Assembly: GCA_951406725.2 (NCBI GenBank)
Contig: OX597816.1
Span: 51,460,001-51,524,000 of the forward strand
Length of the DNA: 64,000 nt
Reading direction: 5' to 3'
From: Octopus vulgaris
Lineage: Eukaryota
The position numbers were made by a program, and so were the translations under genes. Of the stretch, positions 40,500 to 53,487 are shown one piece after another. Within the stretch, counting starts at the first letter, position 1, and each line of letters begins with the position of its first letter. Below the pieces are notes generated by a model. It had not been told where the DNA came from. It worked only from the letters and a program-made list of their open reading frames with translations, and ran no database searches.

Positions 40500-41400
40500 T
40501 CAATAATAAAAAGACACAAATAGAAGTAAAATGAGAAACACTACCAAAATATATTCATTCATAAATGACCCGAAACCAATACATGCCTAAAACAAGAGTT
40601 TCTCGGTAAATCCAAAGAATGAATTGTCATGAAAAGCGGCAACGATTCTTTGAGCAAAACAAATAGCTCAACTCTAGCCTCGAATGATTTTATCAAGAAC
40701 AAGGCAGAGATAAAATAGAAATCAATGCAATACCAACTGCAATACAAATAGACGACAGCAAATACAAAGAGCTCTGAAACATGATAAAACAGGTTTGTGC
40801 TTTGATGAAAGCCAACGAATTGAATTTAGAGGGCTGACGTGTCAATCAATTGTGAGGAAAGAAAAAAGAAGCAATAAGAGGACATTTTAAAACTTAGATA
40901 AAAACTATGCTAAAATGGAACTACAAAACTTTATGCCAAAACGATGACAAGAAAAGCCCTTAAAAGACAACATTAATCAGTGTGAGTGTAGAATATATAG
41001 ATAAATAAATAAAAATTTATGTCATCTGTAACTGAAAAGATTAAGACTTGATGATCAAAACGAAAGATATTTGATGGCGGCACGGAATAAAGTTCTGTCA
41101 GAAAGAAGTTGCTGTCAGAAAGCAACATAAATATGTGACGAACAGTAATCAGTTGATTCAGATTTTAAGAAAGAAATGATTAACTGTATTTGTTCTGGTT
41201 GCCCAGTTCACACAAGATAAAACAAACTGGGAGATATCATAGACAGGATATCTAAGCAGTATAAGAGATATTTGTAACGATAAGAATATTTCTGATTTTG
41301 TTTATTAGCAATGCAATAATTTGGTTGAGTCGAGATATGAATGCAACAACCAGAATTCCAAGCAAAATTCTAAATACAAAAGTTTGCATTTATTGTTAAA
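40500..41400 (+). mobile_element. Decayed R4/Dong C-terminal region
   Basis: LMAARNKVLS (cf. LMAAQDQAL) and ICSGCP (cf. HIISGCP zinc-knuckle). Confidence 0.5.
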
Positions 41401-41515
41401 CCAGACAATTTATTGCAGCTAGGGCCAATGATGGAAAAGAAATATTGAGAGTAGTTGGATAGTTCAATGATTTTTGAGGTTGCTGTGTAGCGAAAACACG
41501 CAATAACATAAAATG

Positions 41516-41737
41516 CAGTAATCCCGCGAATATCGCGGGTGTTACGTCCCAAAAACCACGCGATAGGTGAAAATCCGCGAAGTAGAAACAGTACAGCACT
41601 GTATATATTTTTTAATTATTTTAATAATTTGTATACATTTATTTTATTATAAATGCAAAACAACACCACGGAGGAATCAAAGTAAGCTTAAATAATAAAC
41701 TGCGATCGGTGAACCGCGATATGGCAAGGGATGACTT
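41516..41737. mobile_element. Tigger/pogo-type MITE
   Basis: Imperfect TIRs cagtaatcccgcgaatatcgcgg / ccgcgatatggcaagggatgactt, CpG-rich subterminal CGCGA motifs and an AT-rich core. Confidence 0.7.
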
Positions 41738-41788
41738 TATTGCAGACATATTAATTGTTTATAGATAATTCACAAGGCTAAACATTTA

Positions 41789-42091
41789 TGGAGTGGAGGT
41801 ACATGGCCTAGTGGTTAGAGCAGCTGACTCGTGGGTGATGTGTTGGTGATCTCAGACCGGGTGATGTGTGTGTTTATGAGCACAACATCTAAGCTCCACG
41901 CGGCTCCGGCAGAAGGTAATGGCGAACTTCTGTTGACTCTTCCGCCACAACTTTCTGTCACTCTTTCCTCCTGCTTCTTGCAGCTCACATGCGAGGGACC
42001 GGCGTCCCGTCCAGGTGAGGAATCTATACGCCAAGGAAACCGGGAAACCGGTCCTTATAAGCCAGGCGTGACTCGAGAAAGATCAAAAAAC
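41789..42091 (+). mobile_element. tRNA-derived SINE (family B, tail type 1)
   Basis: TSD aaacattta. Homologous to 12295-12598. Confidence 0.85.
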
Positions 42092-42199
42092 AAACATTTA
42101 AGGAAGGGGTTCAGTAAATTTAACTCTTTCAATAAATTAAACTCCTCCAATATTATTGGGCAGCTTCTATATTTCATCAAACGCGTGAGATGAAAGATA

Positions 42200-42365
42200 A
42201 CCGGCAAGCTGGCAGAATCGTGAGCACTTCGGGCAAAAGGCTTAGTGTCATTTCGCCTGCCCTTACGTTCTGAGTTCAAATTCTGCCGTGGTCTATGTAA
42301 TCGAGTTGTCTCCTCCCCCAACATTTCAGACCCCACATCGTTAGTAGAAACGATTATTATTGTTA
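42200..42365 (+). mobile_element. SINE family C, (ATT)n-tailed form
   Basis: ggcaagctggcagaatcg head, and ...agtagaaacgattattatt tail. Confidence 0.7.
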
Positions 42366-42671
42366 TTATTATTTATGATAATGGTGGTTGTGAAGGTGGT
42401 GTTGGTGGTAGTTGCGCTGATAATTATGATGACGATAACGAGGAAGTCGATGACTATGATAAACTTTATTTTGCAAGTAAAAACAAAGCTATTAAAACAA
42501 AATAAGAAATGAGAAATACATTACGGAAATGTTTCTTGAAAATTTGGAATGATATAGTCGTATTCAGTATAGATGAACAAGTTTCATAGTGATAACAGTG
42601 AGTCAGGGATGAAAAATGCTTTCGGACATAGAAATTGAAGTAATGCAGTGAAAGACCAATTAAGAATTACA

Positions 42672-43062
42672 TCAGTGGAGGCGCAATAGCCCAGTGGTTA
42701 GGGCAGCGGACTCGCGGTCGGAGGATCGTGGTTTCGATTCCCAGACCGGGCATTGTGAGTGTTTATTGAGCGAAAACACCTAAAGCTCTACGAGGCTCCG
42801 GCAGGGGGTGGTGGTGAACCCTGCTGTACACTTTCACCACAACTTTCTCTCGCTCTTTCTTCCTGTTTCTCTTGTACCTGTATTTCAAAGGGCCAGCCTT
42901 CTCACATTCTGTGTGTCACGCTGAATCTCCTCGAGAACTACGTTAAGGGTACACGTGTCTGTGGAGTGCTCAGCCACTTGCACGTTAATATCACGAGCAA
43001 GCTGTTCCGTTGATCGTATCAGCTGGGACCCTCATCGTCGCAACCGACGGAGTGCTCCTATA
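42672..43062 (+). mobile_element. tRNA-derived SINE (family B head, tail type 2)
   Basis: TSD taagaattaca. Head near-identical to 12300-12478 but with a different 3' half. Confidence 0.9.
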
Positions 43063-43079
43063 TAAGAATTACAATTACT

Positions 43080-43620
43080 TACAAATGAATGTCAGATTGA
43101 TGACAATAGGTCTTCACTGAATCAGTACAATGAAATTATGTTAGCTAACCAGGATAATACACCAGTCGAAGTTGAAACAGGACGAACGAGAATTCGATAT
43201 GGACCGTCATGATGACGATAATTTTGAGATCCTTCCAAAAGTGGAACAGAAACTGGGATAATTAGGTCATTTAAATGCAGTTAATTAAGCCAAAGAGTAA
43301 GAGCCAAAAATAGAACTGGTTAAAATCAACGTTAAAGAAAAAGCGCATCGTCAATGGTAAGAGATGTTTAACGTAATATTAGTAGGCATTAAGGAAACTG
43401 GATACTTTAAGGTAATACATAAAAGTATCAATAGTGACATAGGATGGTACTCAGGTTCGACACATACGTTGTGATGGGGGAAACTGCTGTTGAAATTATA
43501 AACTCATTAAACAGTGGTGAACCAAAATATCTTGAAATATCGTAGTGATAAAATCAAGAATATTAACGAAAATCTTCAGTAAACAACATTTTCGTAGGTA
43601 CGAGATTTTAAAATCTAAAT
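43080..43620 (+). mobile_element. Decayed R4/Dong RT fragment
   Basis: SINSDIGW (cf. FSxDIGMEFG). Context of neighbouring Dong fragments. Confidence 0.4.
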
Positions 43621-43663
43621 TGAACACAGGACATAAAGACGGACGAAATGCCGCTAAGCATTT

Positions 43664-43746
<83 letters not shown>

Positions 43747-43779
43747 CAACAACAATAATAATGATAATAATAATAAATA

Positions 43780-43995
43780 TCTTTTCTACTGAAGGCACAA
43801 CGCCTGGAATTTGAGGAAAGGGACTGGTCGATTACATCGACCCCAGTGTATCACTGGTATTTAATTTATTGGTCTTGAAAAGATGAAAGGCAAAATTCGA
43901 CTAAGACGGAATTTGAACTCGGAACATGCAGACAGACGAAGAGCCGCATAAACATTTCACCCGGCGTGCGAACGACTCTCTTAGTTTGCCGCCTT
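43780..43995 (-). mobile_element. SINE family C, (ATT)n-tailed form
   Basis: Reverse complement of the family C head and body, with ...caggcgttgtgccttcagtagaaaagatattt tail running into (ATT)n. Confidence 0.75.
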
Positions 43996-44329
43996 AATAA
44001 TGATGATGGTGATGAGGATGAGGATAATAATAATGATAATAATAATAATAATAATAATTATAATAATAATAATAATGATGATGAAGAAACGGAAGGCAAA
44101 CGTTACAGCATTAGTGGCTGTTAAAATTTAAAACTTAACTACAGAAGTGCCTCTAATATAAAGGGCAGGCAACAAGAGTGAATAGAGGAACATTACATAT
44201 CGAAGATTACCCAGGAAACTAAGGGAAGGTACACTCTCCCATCAGTCCCTATTACACGTAGTCATTTAATTGTTATTCTTTAATAAACTATGGAAGGAAA
44301 CACTTCATTTTAAATATTTTTGTTCCGCT

Positions 44330-45130
44330 TCAGACGAAACTCCAAATGGGAGCTTCCCCTAAACCGATAGACTTGGAGAAATGATTGACCCGATCCCGGG
44401 TGCGACGTACATGGTAATACATGACGAAGAGGATAATTATTGTCCAATGTGTTTATCCTATATTTACGTTCAACGTAAATCACCATTGACATGCTTCTCA
44501 AGAACACGTGCCGCAGGCCAAACGTGCTTACTTTTGCCATTTTCCTCATCTTGTACTCTTCTAGAAAGGTGACGATCACCCCGAATTCAACAGTGAACAA
44601 CACTGTTTTTGGTGAGATCATCCGCATATACCAGCACAGACAACGCGGTTCAAACAGAAAATTATTCAACACTCTGAGATGCCACAGTTGTGATTAAGAC
44701 AGTAAGCACACTGAGAACGAGGCAGTAAAGGGTTACTTGAGAGGACACTTTTGCCATCATTTGTTCTAACCTTGTTGGATCGAGCATGTTCAGAAACGGT
44801 CCGCTAGGTTTGCAATTTAATGCGAACATCTAGAGGATGTCACTGAGCATTGACTTCCTGGTAAATGGAATCGTGGGCAGACACTGTAAGGAAAGTCAAA
44901 AATTGTAACAACAATTAGTCACGTTCTTTAATAGATTTCTTGATATCAGCCTTTATTATAGGAAATGCCTGCCGAGAAATCTCACTCTCTTTGATTTCTC
45001 CTTCATTGTTTACCTCCATCTTGGGAGTGAGCAATGCAATTCAAACTACTTGGTTGGTAGAGTAAGTGTGATTATCATTCTAAAGTTGATTCACTCACTA
45101 TAACTTCTATTCCAGTCGAAGCCATAGGTC
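44330..45130 (-). mobile_element. Decayed L1/Tx1-type RT fragment
   Basis: Minus strand Q(K)CPL...LYCLVLS (cf. QGCPLSPLLY) followed by SVLVYADDLT, and EEY..xxAKV (cf. YExxSGAKIN). Confidence 0.65.
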
Positions 45131-45273
45131 GAAGGAACATCCATAAATATTTATCATGCGTGTTTTTCTTGTTATAATGTTTGTAAGATATACGCGCATG
45201 TATATTTACACACAGAAACACACACACTCACAATGGTTTTATATGTATATATATATAAATATATATATATATT

Positions 45274-45306
<33 letters not shown>

Positions 45307-45321
45307 ATATATATTTATATT

Positions 45322-45352
<31 letters not shown>

Positions 45353-45357
45353 ATATA

Positions 45358-45410
<53 letters not shown>

Positions 45411-45797
45411 ATATATATGTATGTTTATATATATATATGTATATATATATGTATGTTTATATATATATGTATGTATATACATATGCTTATATATATATGT
45501 ATGTATATACATATGTATATATACGTAGGTATATGTAGATATGTGTGGAGAGGTTATTATCTTGAATGTCATACTCATGACAGATAACCAAAAATAAGCT
45601 GCATTATCAAATCCTGAGAGACAGGATAATAGAAACCAAGATTCATCTGGAGAATGTATTTAAAATATTAGTTACCATTTCAATCTAAGGAAAGAAAGAC
45701 GTTTTACACTTCATGTAGATGTGTGTATATATATGTGCGTTTCTGTGTGCGCGCGTGTACACGCGTGTGTTAGCATATTTCATTACTTTGCTTTGAA

Positions 45798-45896
<99 letters not shown>

Positions 45897-46628
45897 GCAT
45901 AGATACACACAAAAACACACACACACATAAAACATCATGGGAAATAAAATATTTCTCGTATTGTTTTGCTTATTTTAAAGTAAGAAAGAGTTTAATTATG
46001 ATGCAAGATATATCATAATTAAAAATTGTTGGGCTCACGTGAAACAGGATTGACAATATCAATCTGTGTAGATCACTCAAGCTAGTTTGCTTAGTTATAT
46101 AGAGTGTAATGATACATGTAACACAAATGAACTCTATTCATAAATTTTCAGCCTCTTTGGCATCTGTAAAATTCGAAAATGCAATAGATGCCTTTCTTTG
46201 TAGGTAGTGGAAGTGTTAACATGTGTCAAATATATTTCACAATATCAATAAACGCTGATATAGCATTTTCATTTCATATATGTTGTTAGTGACTAAAAAT
46301 GATACGAAAGAGAAAATTGTATATACATTAATCCAGCAGAATATATATCTATATATTTTTAATATTATTTGTTTCAGAATCTGGAAAATATTTTGTATAT
46401 CACACAGGATTAAATGCATAGCTTGGCGAAATTCTTTTCCCTCCATCTCTCAGTGCTTGGAGCAATATAATTGATGGAATTTCATACTTCAACCTAGCTG
46501 TAACAGAGTAAGAATACATAGGTGATGTAAAGCTACTAACATTGAACATACTAACAAAACTCCACTGCAGACGCGAAATCCTTCCATAAACCAAACATTA
46601 CAACTTCCCAGTATATAAACATATATGC

Positions 46629-46787
<159 letters not shown>

Positions 46788-46917
46788 TATATGAATACAT
46801 ATATACACACATCAATACATACATGCATATATATGTTCATATAAATGCATAACTATACCTATATATCTATATTCAGTATTGATGTAAAATATAAATATAT
46901 TATATTTATGAGTAATG

Positions 46918-46949
<32 letters not shown>

Positions 46950-46978
46950 TATATGTGTACATACATGCACGGACACAG

Positions 46979-47053
<75 letters not shown>

Positions 47054-48717
47054 CACACACATACATACATATGTTTGTGCGTATATTGTCAAAGTTATGA
47101 GAAGTTTCGAAGTGTAAACACTTGCTAATGACCTCGATCAAGTTATCTGCCAAAATTGATTTACTGATCTAGCAACATTATATGATGTGCCAGAGAACTT
47201 AAAAGAAACAAACACGAACCAAAACATGCTATTCATATTCATATTATTTAAATTTAAGAAGAGAAAGTAAAGAGAAAAAGAAGAAGAATGGAACCGAAGC
47301 TAACAATAACTTTCTGCTAGTAGATCTTTGAAATGGCGTATTCATTTAATTGGAAAAATAAATGAATACTTACATTCTATATTGGTGCAGCATTTGACTC
47401 CCCTGTAGAAAATCATAGACATTATTTAAATAAAATATATTGATACGTAAACATCAAACGGTTCTTATATTTAAAGGTATATGCAATCATCCCTGCGTCT
47501 ACTTAGAAAATTTACTCTTTAGAATATATATAAAATATTCGATCAGTAACTAGTTTCTTTGTTGTTTGATATGAGTTTCAATAATATCGAAGAATAAATT
47601 GATTCTCTGATGTTAAACATTCAATTGTTCTGTTTTCTGAAAATTTGCGTTACGATTAATTAAATTCTGTGCAGCAGAAAAATCAATTCAGTTATCTTGA
47701 TGAAAACATACTTGAATACGAAACGTCCTGCGGTTCAATTGAAAATAACTTTTGCTTTATAAATATGATTCATAATACAATGTGTCTCTGTGTGGTTTTT
47801 GTGTGAGTGTCTATGTGTCTTCCTGCAGTGTTTCTTTCGTTTAAGCGTTTCAAACACATCATTTTCAAGCTGATCATGTATATAATCGATATTTGTCCCT
47901 GGTCAGTCTTTGAAAATTCACGCTATTTAACTAGATGGGTGCAGATCTGAAACGTAAAGTGCTACAAAATCTGCTTTTACTACTACGTAAATTATCAAAG
48001 GCCAACAAGTTTCTTTCTATCTTATTTTGGCATAAAATCAAGTATTGGATACTAAGATGAGATAGTAATGAAATGGATAATTTTTTTCTTCCTTCTTTCC
48101 GATTTCTTTTCTTTTTCTTTTTATTTTTTGACTTTGAGAAAAGGCACGAGTCATCTGTCGAATACTGAACTGTTGGTAACCTACAATTCAGGATTTTTTT
48201 TCTGTTTCTATCATAGAAATCGCATGATACTGAAGGAAAATCTTAAACTTCATAACTTGTTTTCATCTTATTTATTAATTTCAAGAAAACTAAGCAAAGG
48301 ATACAAATATAATAATTCAAATGAAAGGAAATATATGCAATGAAATGCAGTATTTTGGCAGAAAATGTAAATTAGATGCTCCTACACCTTAGTTATGATT
48401 TTTTTTTATTAACTGTGTTGTGGGGAGAGTGAATATGCATATCAGGAAATACATATAAGAACTAAAATGCTGAATATCTCCCTGCCAACATTTCTTTTCA
48501 CTATACTTCCTATACGGTCAATTTGTTTATCCAAATCTACAGAAGGATGATTGCTTGAAATATAATTTGTACATATTTAATATGCGTGTGTGTGCGCGTG
48601 TGAGCACGTGCGTGTGTATGTTTTATATACATATATATGTTTGTGTATGAATATAAACATATATGTAGATATGCATATGTGAGTGTGTATACGTATATCA
48701 ATATCTCTCTATATCTC

Positions 48718-48764
<47 letters not shown>

Positions 48765-48790
48765 GGGGGGGGGTGATTGTGTATAGAAGA

Positions 48791-49098
48791 ATATATTAAT
48801 AAAAGGAATTCCAACCTTGTCTGATTTTCACGTTTTATTTACAATCTTATAATGGTATAAGATAATATAATATAATAAAATAAAATAAAATAATAGAATG
48901 TTAAATGTTCATTCTGATTGAACTAGTACTTTCATGCATGACTGTCACCACTACTACATGAACCTGAAGATTGCAGAATTTAATGCATGAAAGTACTAGT
49001 TCAATCAGAATGAACATTTAAAATTATCTTATATCATTAGAAGATTGTAAATAAAACGTGAAAATCAGACAAGGTTGGAATTCCTTTTATCAATATAT
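48791..49098 (+). mobile_element. Fold-back PLE-like cassette with long inverted arms
   Basis: 48791-48939 is the reverse complement of 48983-49098, with an AT insertion in the left arm. AATAAA near 49050. (AT)n on both sides. Confidence 0.85.
48959..49003 (+). ncRNA. Minimal type I hammerhead ribozyme (Penelope-type)
   Basis: Stem I TGAAC/GTTCA, core CTGAAGA, stem II TGCA/TGCA closed by T.T, GAAA, palindromic stem III AGTACT and a CUA cleavage triplet (cut after 48998). Confidence 0.8.
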
Positions 49099-49212
49099 AT
49101 ATATATGTGTGTGTGTGTATACATATGTACATATATATATGTATATATATATATACACACAAACACACATATATATATATACATACATATGTACATATAT
49201 ATATATATATAT

Positions 49213-49261
<49 letters not shown>

Positions 49262-49299
49262 GGGACACTTCTGTATATCTTGGATACTGTCAAGAGATG

Positions 49300-49990
49300 C
49301 TTGTCTTAGTGCAGAGATATACTATCGAATAGGAGAGGTAAATGATGTACTTGGAATGCAGGAAAAGTGAGTATGGATGGAAGGATGTGTTTCCTTGCAG
49401 ACGAAAATCAAAAAGCATTGATTCCACATCCTTATTTACTTGAGAGGTGGGTCATTCACTGGTGTCATATGAAAATGCTAGAGAGATTCCAGTGAAAATA
49501 TCTCAGGCGTATCTTGGGAGTCAAGTGGGAATGTTACGATCCTGATACAGAAATTTTGCACATGTCACGTTGTAGCTCATTTGGACAGCATATCATCTTG
49601 CCTCAAAAAACGTGGGTTGGACATGTTGTTCGAATGAAAGGTGGGTGATTGCCAAAGTATCTTTTTTATGTTGAGCTCAACTCTGATAAGCGACCGCAAC
49701 ATAAGCCAAGGTTAATGCATGCAGACTGTATGAAAAGGACCTACAGAAACTATACGTGAAAAAAAGTTTTTGAGAAACTGACGGTTTGGATTGGAACAAG
49801 TGGAAAAGAGATGTTAGGTTAGATTGCAACTGTCGGGAAGAAAAGAAGGTTCAACAATCTTGAAACAACACGTTCATACGTCACAAAACAATACCTATGC
49901 TGGTTCACAAAAGCATTCCTTCAGAATCAGATTCCGAAGGCTATATATGTAGAAGAAATTTGAATAATATCTGTCAGTGGTGTTTTGAAA
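49300..49990 (-). mobile_element. Possible very decayed Tc1-like transposase
   Basis: Minus-strand scraps FLRQDD (cf. FQQDGA) and a decayed WPP motif. Weak. Confidence 0.3.
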
Positions 49991-50116
49991 CCTATTAGTC
50001 AGTAGCTGATCTTAAATGTCACCTGGGGGATCATGAAAGAGAGATTTTGTTGTGTGTTGGCAGTGTGCTGATTGAAAGGCCATCATCTGTCACATATACC
50101 AATAAACATATGGACC

Positions 50117-50171
<55 letters not shown>

Positions 50172-50179
50172 GCAAAGGA

Positions 50180-50338
50180 AAGGTTGTGTGGCAGGTAGCT
50201 TGCTTAACAACCATATGGTTCCGGGTTCATTCCTACTGCATGGGACCTTGGGAAAATGTCTTCTAGTTTAGCCTCGGGCCGACCAAAGCCTTGTGAGCGG
50301 ATTTGGTGGACGAAAACTAAAAGAAGCCTGTCATATAG

Positions 50339-50370
<32 letters not shown>

Positions 50371-50580
50371 TTGTGTCTGTGTGCCGCTGTGTGTGTATGT
50401 TTGTGCGTGTGCTTGTCCCCCTAACGTCATTTGACAACCAATGTGTGTTTACGACCCCGTAAAGAGACCGATAGAATAAGTACTAAGCTTTCAAAGAATA
50501 AGTCCTAACGTCGATTTACTCGACTAAAGGCGGTGCTCCAGCATGATCGCTGTCAAATGACTGGATCAAGTAAGATAATA
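50180..50580 (+). mobile_element. SINE family A
   Basis: Homologous to 12911-13340 across head, internal (GT)n and tail. Confidence 0.85.
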
Positions 50581-51785
50581 AAATAATATATTCGAAAATA
50601 ATATAAAACATGAGTTTAATAGTATGTAGTTAATTTGTTAATCTCATCTGATGACATGACCTATTGACATGTGCTTGTTACTGCAGGTGTCTTAGTAGTT
50701 AGAAAAGACAATTTACCGACTAGTTCGACATTTTTATGGCTCAAAGAACGTAACACCTTTCCATCACTGTACAGAAGAATACATCATTTAAGTGCATACC
50801 CCCAACACAGATTATCAACGGATTATGTGGTTTGTATATTTCATATTATGTAAACGATTTTTGTATAAATCCTTTCTTCTCTAATCCTAACAGTCACACT
50901 TATATCATTATGAAAATTAACTTTCCAAATATTTTATTTACATTCTTGATTATGAAGGCATATTCGAGAAAAGATATATTCGAGACTCCGAAGCTTGCCC
51001 ACTTCACCAGGCGGGTATGATAAATTCCGTCATATATGACGCGGAGGACACAGCAAATCTTGACTTTCACCTAACAGAGAAAAATTACGTCGGGTTGTAG
51101 GAAGGCGATTTCAAAAGACGTTATGCAAATCACCTTATCTTTCCGACACATTGATTAATGTGAGGCCAATATGTTGGTTAGCGACGTATGAGTTTGAAGA
51201 CCAACTACACACCAAATAAAATCAAGTAGTGAATCAATGGTATGTGTTAATGTATCTAAGAAATTCAAATTATACGTAGCTAAAAGACTGTTTATTCCTT
51301 TTATATCTACGAATTCTACAACGTTACTCAATTTCATACCTGAAACATTCAGCAAATGCAAACACATGAGCAAATATATTTTAGTGAGCTGGCGGACACC
51401 ACGCTTTCGAGATGTAGAAGCTGTCTCATAACTTTGATGCCAACTCCGCCGAAATATTGTAGGTTAATTGTGGCTTTATAGTCAAGGGTAGCATAACTCT
51501 AATGTTCTTTCTTTTCATTCTTTTTTATTTTTATTCACCCCTCTATTTTCGGCATCTCCCTTTTCTTTTCTTTCTCGTAATTTCTCATATATCAGCGACC
51601 TAATTTTCAAATTGAATAGACCATGTGGTCAGATCCTAAGACTAATTTGAGACACAAGACGTGCTATAAAAACCTCCCTAGAACTCTGTCTCTAAGCAAG
51701 AAAACATTACTAGCTCGTATCTCTTGAGTGTGTCGATTCAATGCTATTTATCACTCACTTGATAAAGTATATATATATATATATA

Positions 51786-53487
51786 CACTACCGTCAGAAA
51801 TTAATTAGCACCCTTGATTTTCTCTTCACTCAAGGTATTTGCTGTCACCTAGTGGCCATATCTCGAACTATTGCTTTGTTGTGAGTTCACTGTTGCGCAG
51901 AACGATGACGTAACTTTGTTTGCAGAGCAGTTTGAGAGTCTACAGCCTAATGATGTTGACATAGCAGTGCAACAACAACTTGGAGTGCGGATGCAGACAA
52001 ATCTTCCTTTGTTTAATAGATATAGGTAGCGCCTCGCAAGGACCGAAATCACACCGTACTAAGTTTTCTCATCGCGTAAGACGTTTTGAACAGCTCGTAG
52101 GTTAATTGATTTGTGTAATTGCAAGATTTTTTTTTCCTCACAAATTCTCCTACACTCTGCTTGATGACGTCACTTCTGGTTCACAAAACTTTCTGTTATA
52201 CATCAAATAAGGTGAGAAATTCTGCTTTCTTACTTTTTTGTTTAATGAATAATAACTCATAGCAGTTTTGTTATAGCATAACATTATTCAAATGAATTAG
52301 TTTTAATGAAAATAACTGGTTTTTATCGTTCATTCCTAGATGGGCCCAAGACCTCGCATGACCTTGGAGAGACGGTACGAGGCTCTCTCGTGGCGTGGGA
52401 AGCTGTCGGAGGCTGCAATAGCCAGAAAACTTGGTGTAGCCAGGCGCACAATTCAGTGCTTATTTAAGAAATACGAGGAAACCGGATCAGCCGCTGACAA
52501 AAAGGGTAGGGGACGGAAGAGGTTGACGACCCAGCGGGAGGACCGGATGCTGATCCGAAAGTCGCCGTACAACCGAAGGGCAACGAGCCAGCAACTGGCG
52601 GAGGAGATGCAAAAGATGACAGGGAAGCAGTTGTCTACAACCACCGTCAAGACCAGATTACTGGAAGCTGGTCTAAAATCCTGTAGGGCCGCCCATAAGC
52701 CGCTCCTTACAGCCCAAAACTGGAAGAGGCGGCTGCTCTTGGCCCGTGCCCACAAGACATGGACCGTGCAGCAGTGGTGGAGAGTGATGTTCACTGACGA
52801 GTCGCGATTCAGTCTCGTCAGTGACAAGCCTGTCCATGTGCGACGCCGCAGGGGTGAGCGCTTCAACAAAGACTGCATTGCTCTCACCATGAAGCATGGT
52901 GGGGGTGATCTGATGGTGTGAGGGGCGTTCAGCTACAGTGGTGTTGGGCGGCTCTATGCCGTCGAAGGCAACATCAACGCAGCAAAGTACGTTGAGATAG
53001 TACGGGATACCTCTTTGGTGGCGAGGAGTACGTGCTCCAGCAGGACAACGTACCTTCCCACACAGCCAAGCTCACAACCGGTTTCTTCAAGGACCATGGG
53101 GTGACGGTCATGGACTGGCCTGGCCAGTCACCTGACCTGAACCCTATTGAGAACCTCTGGAGTCGATTGGGTAGGGATTTGAATGTGCAGCAATACAGGA
53201 ACCGACACAAGCTGTTTGGGGCACTTCTTGCTGCATGGAGGGCCATCCCTGCACGCACTCATAGACAGCATGCCGACCCGCGTAGCAGCTGTCATTGCTG
53301 CCAAAGGAGGAGCAACAAGATATTGACTAAATTTCACGATTAATAACAATTATGTGGTGTGCTGGGATATGTTTTAATAAATTTTTGATTATAAACGAGT
53401 TCGTTTCTGATAATAAGTTAATTAAATTAAGAAAATGTAAGAAAATGTAGAAATTTGAGAAGTGCTAATTAATTTCCAACGCAAGTG
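51786..53487 (+). mobile_element. Full-length Tc1 element
   Basis: TIRs cactaccgtcagaaattaattagcac / gtgctaattaatttccaacgcaagtg with TA flanks. Confidence 0.95.
52340..53326 (+). pseudogene. Tc1 DD34E transposase, disrupted
   Basis: HTH (IARKLGV), GRGRKRLTT, VMFTDESRF, KHGGG.LMV*G, QQDNVPSH, WPGQSPDLNPIENLW and VIAAKGGATRY*. Stop at 52919 plus frameshifts. Confidence 0.92.

Noticed and set aside
42677-42750. tRNA gene-like A/B boxes (also 12300, 25990-26085, 41800, 61800)
   Set aside because: No complete cloverleaf or acceptor stem. They continue into SINE bodies with TSDs.
44662-44760. Minus-strand MMAKVSSQVTLYCLVLSVLTVLITTVASQSVE looks like a signal peptide
   Set aside because: It stops immediately, and the same frame continues into YADD. 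It is decayed L1/Tx1 RT (QGCPLSPLLY region).
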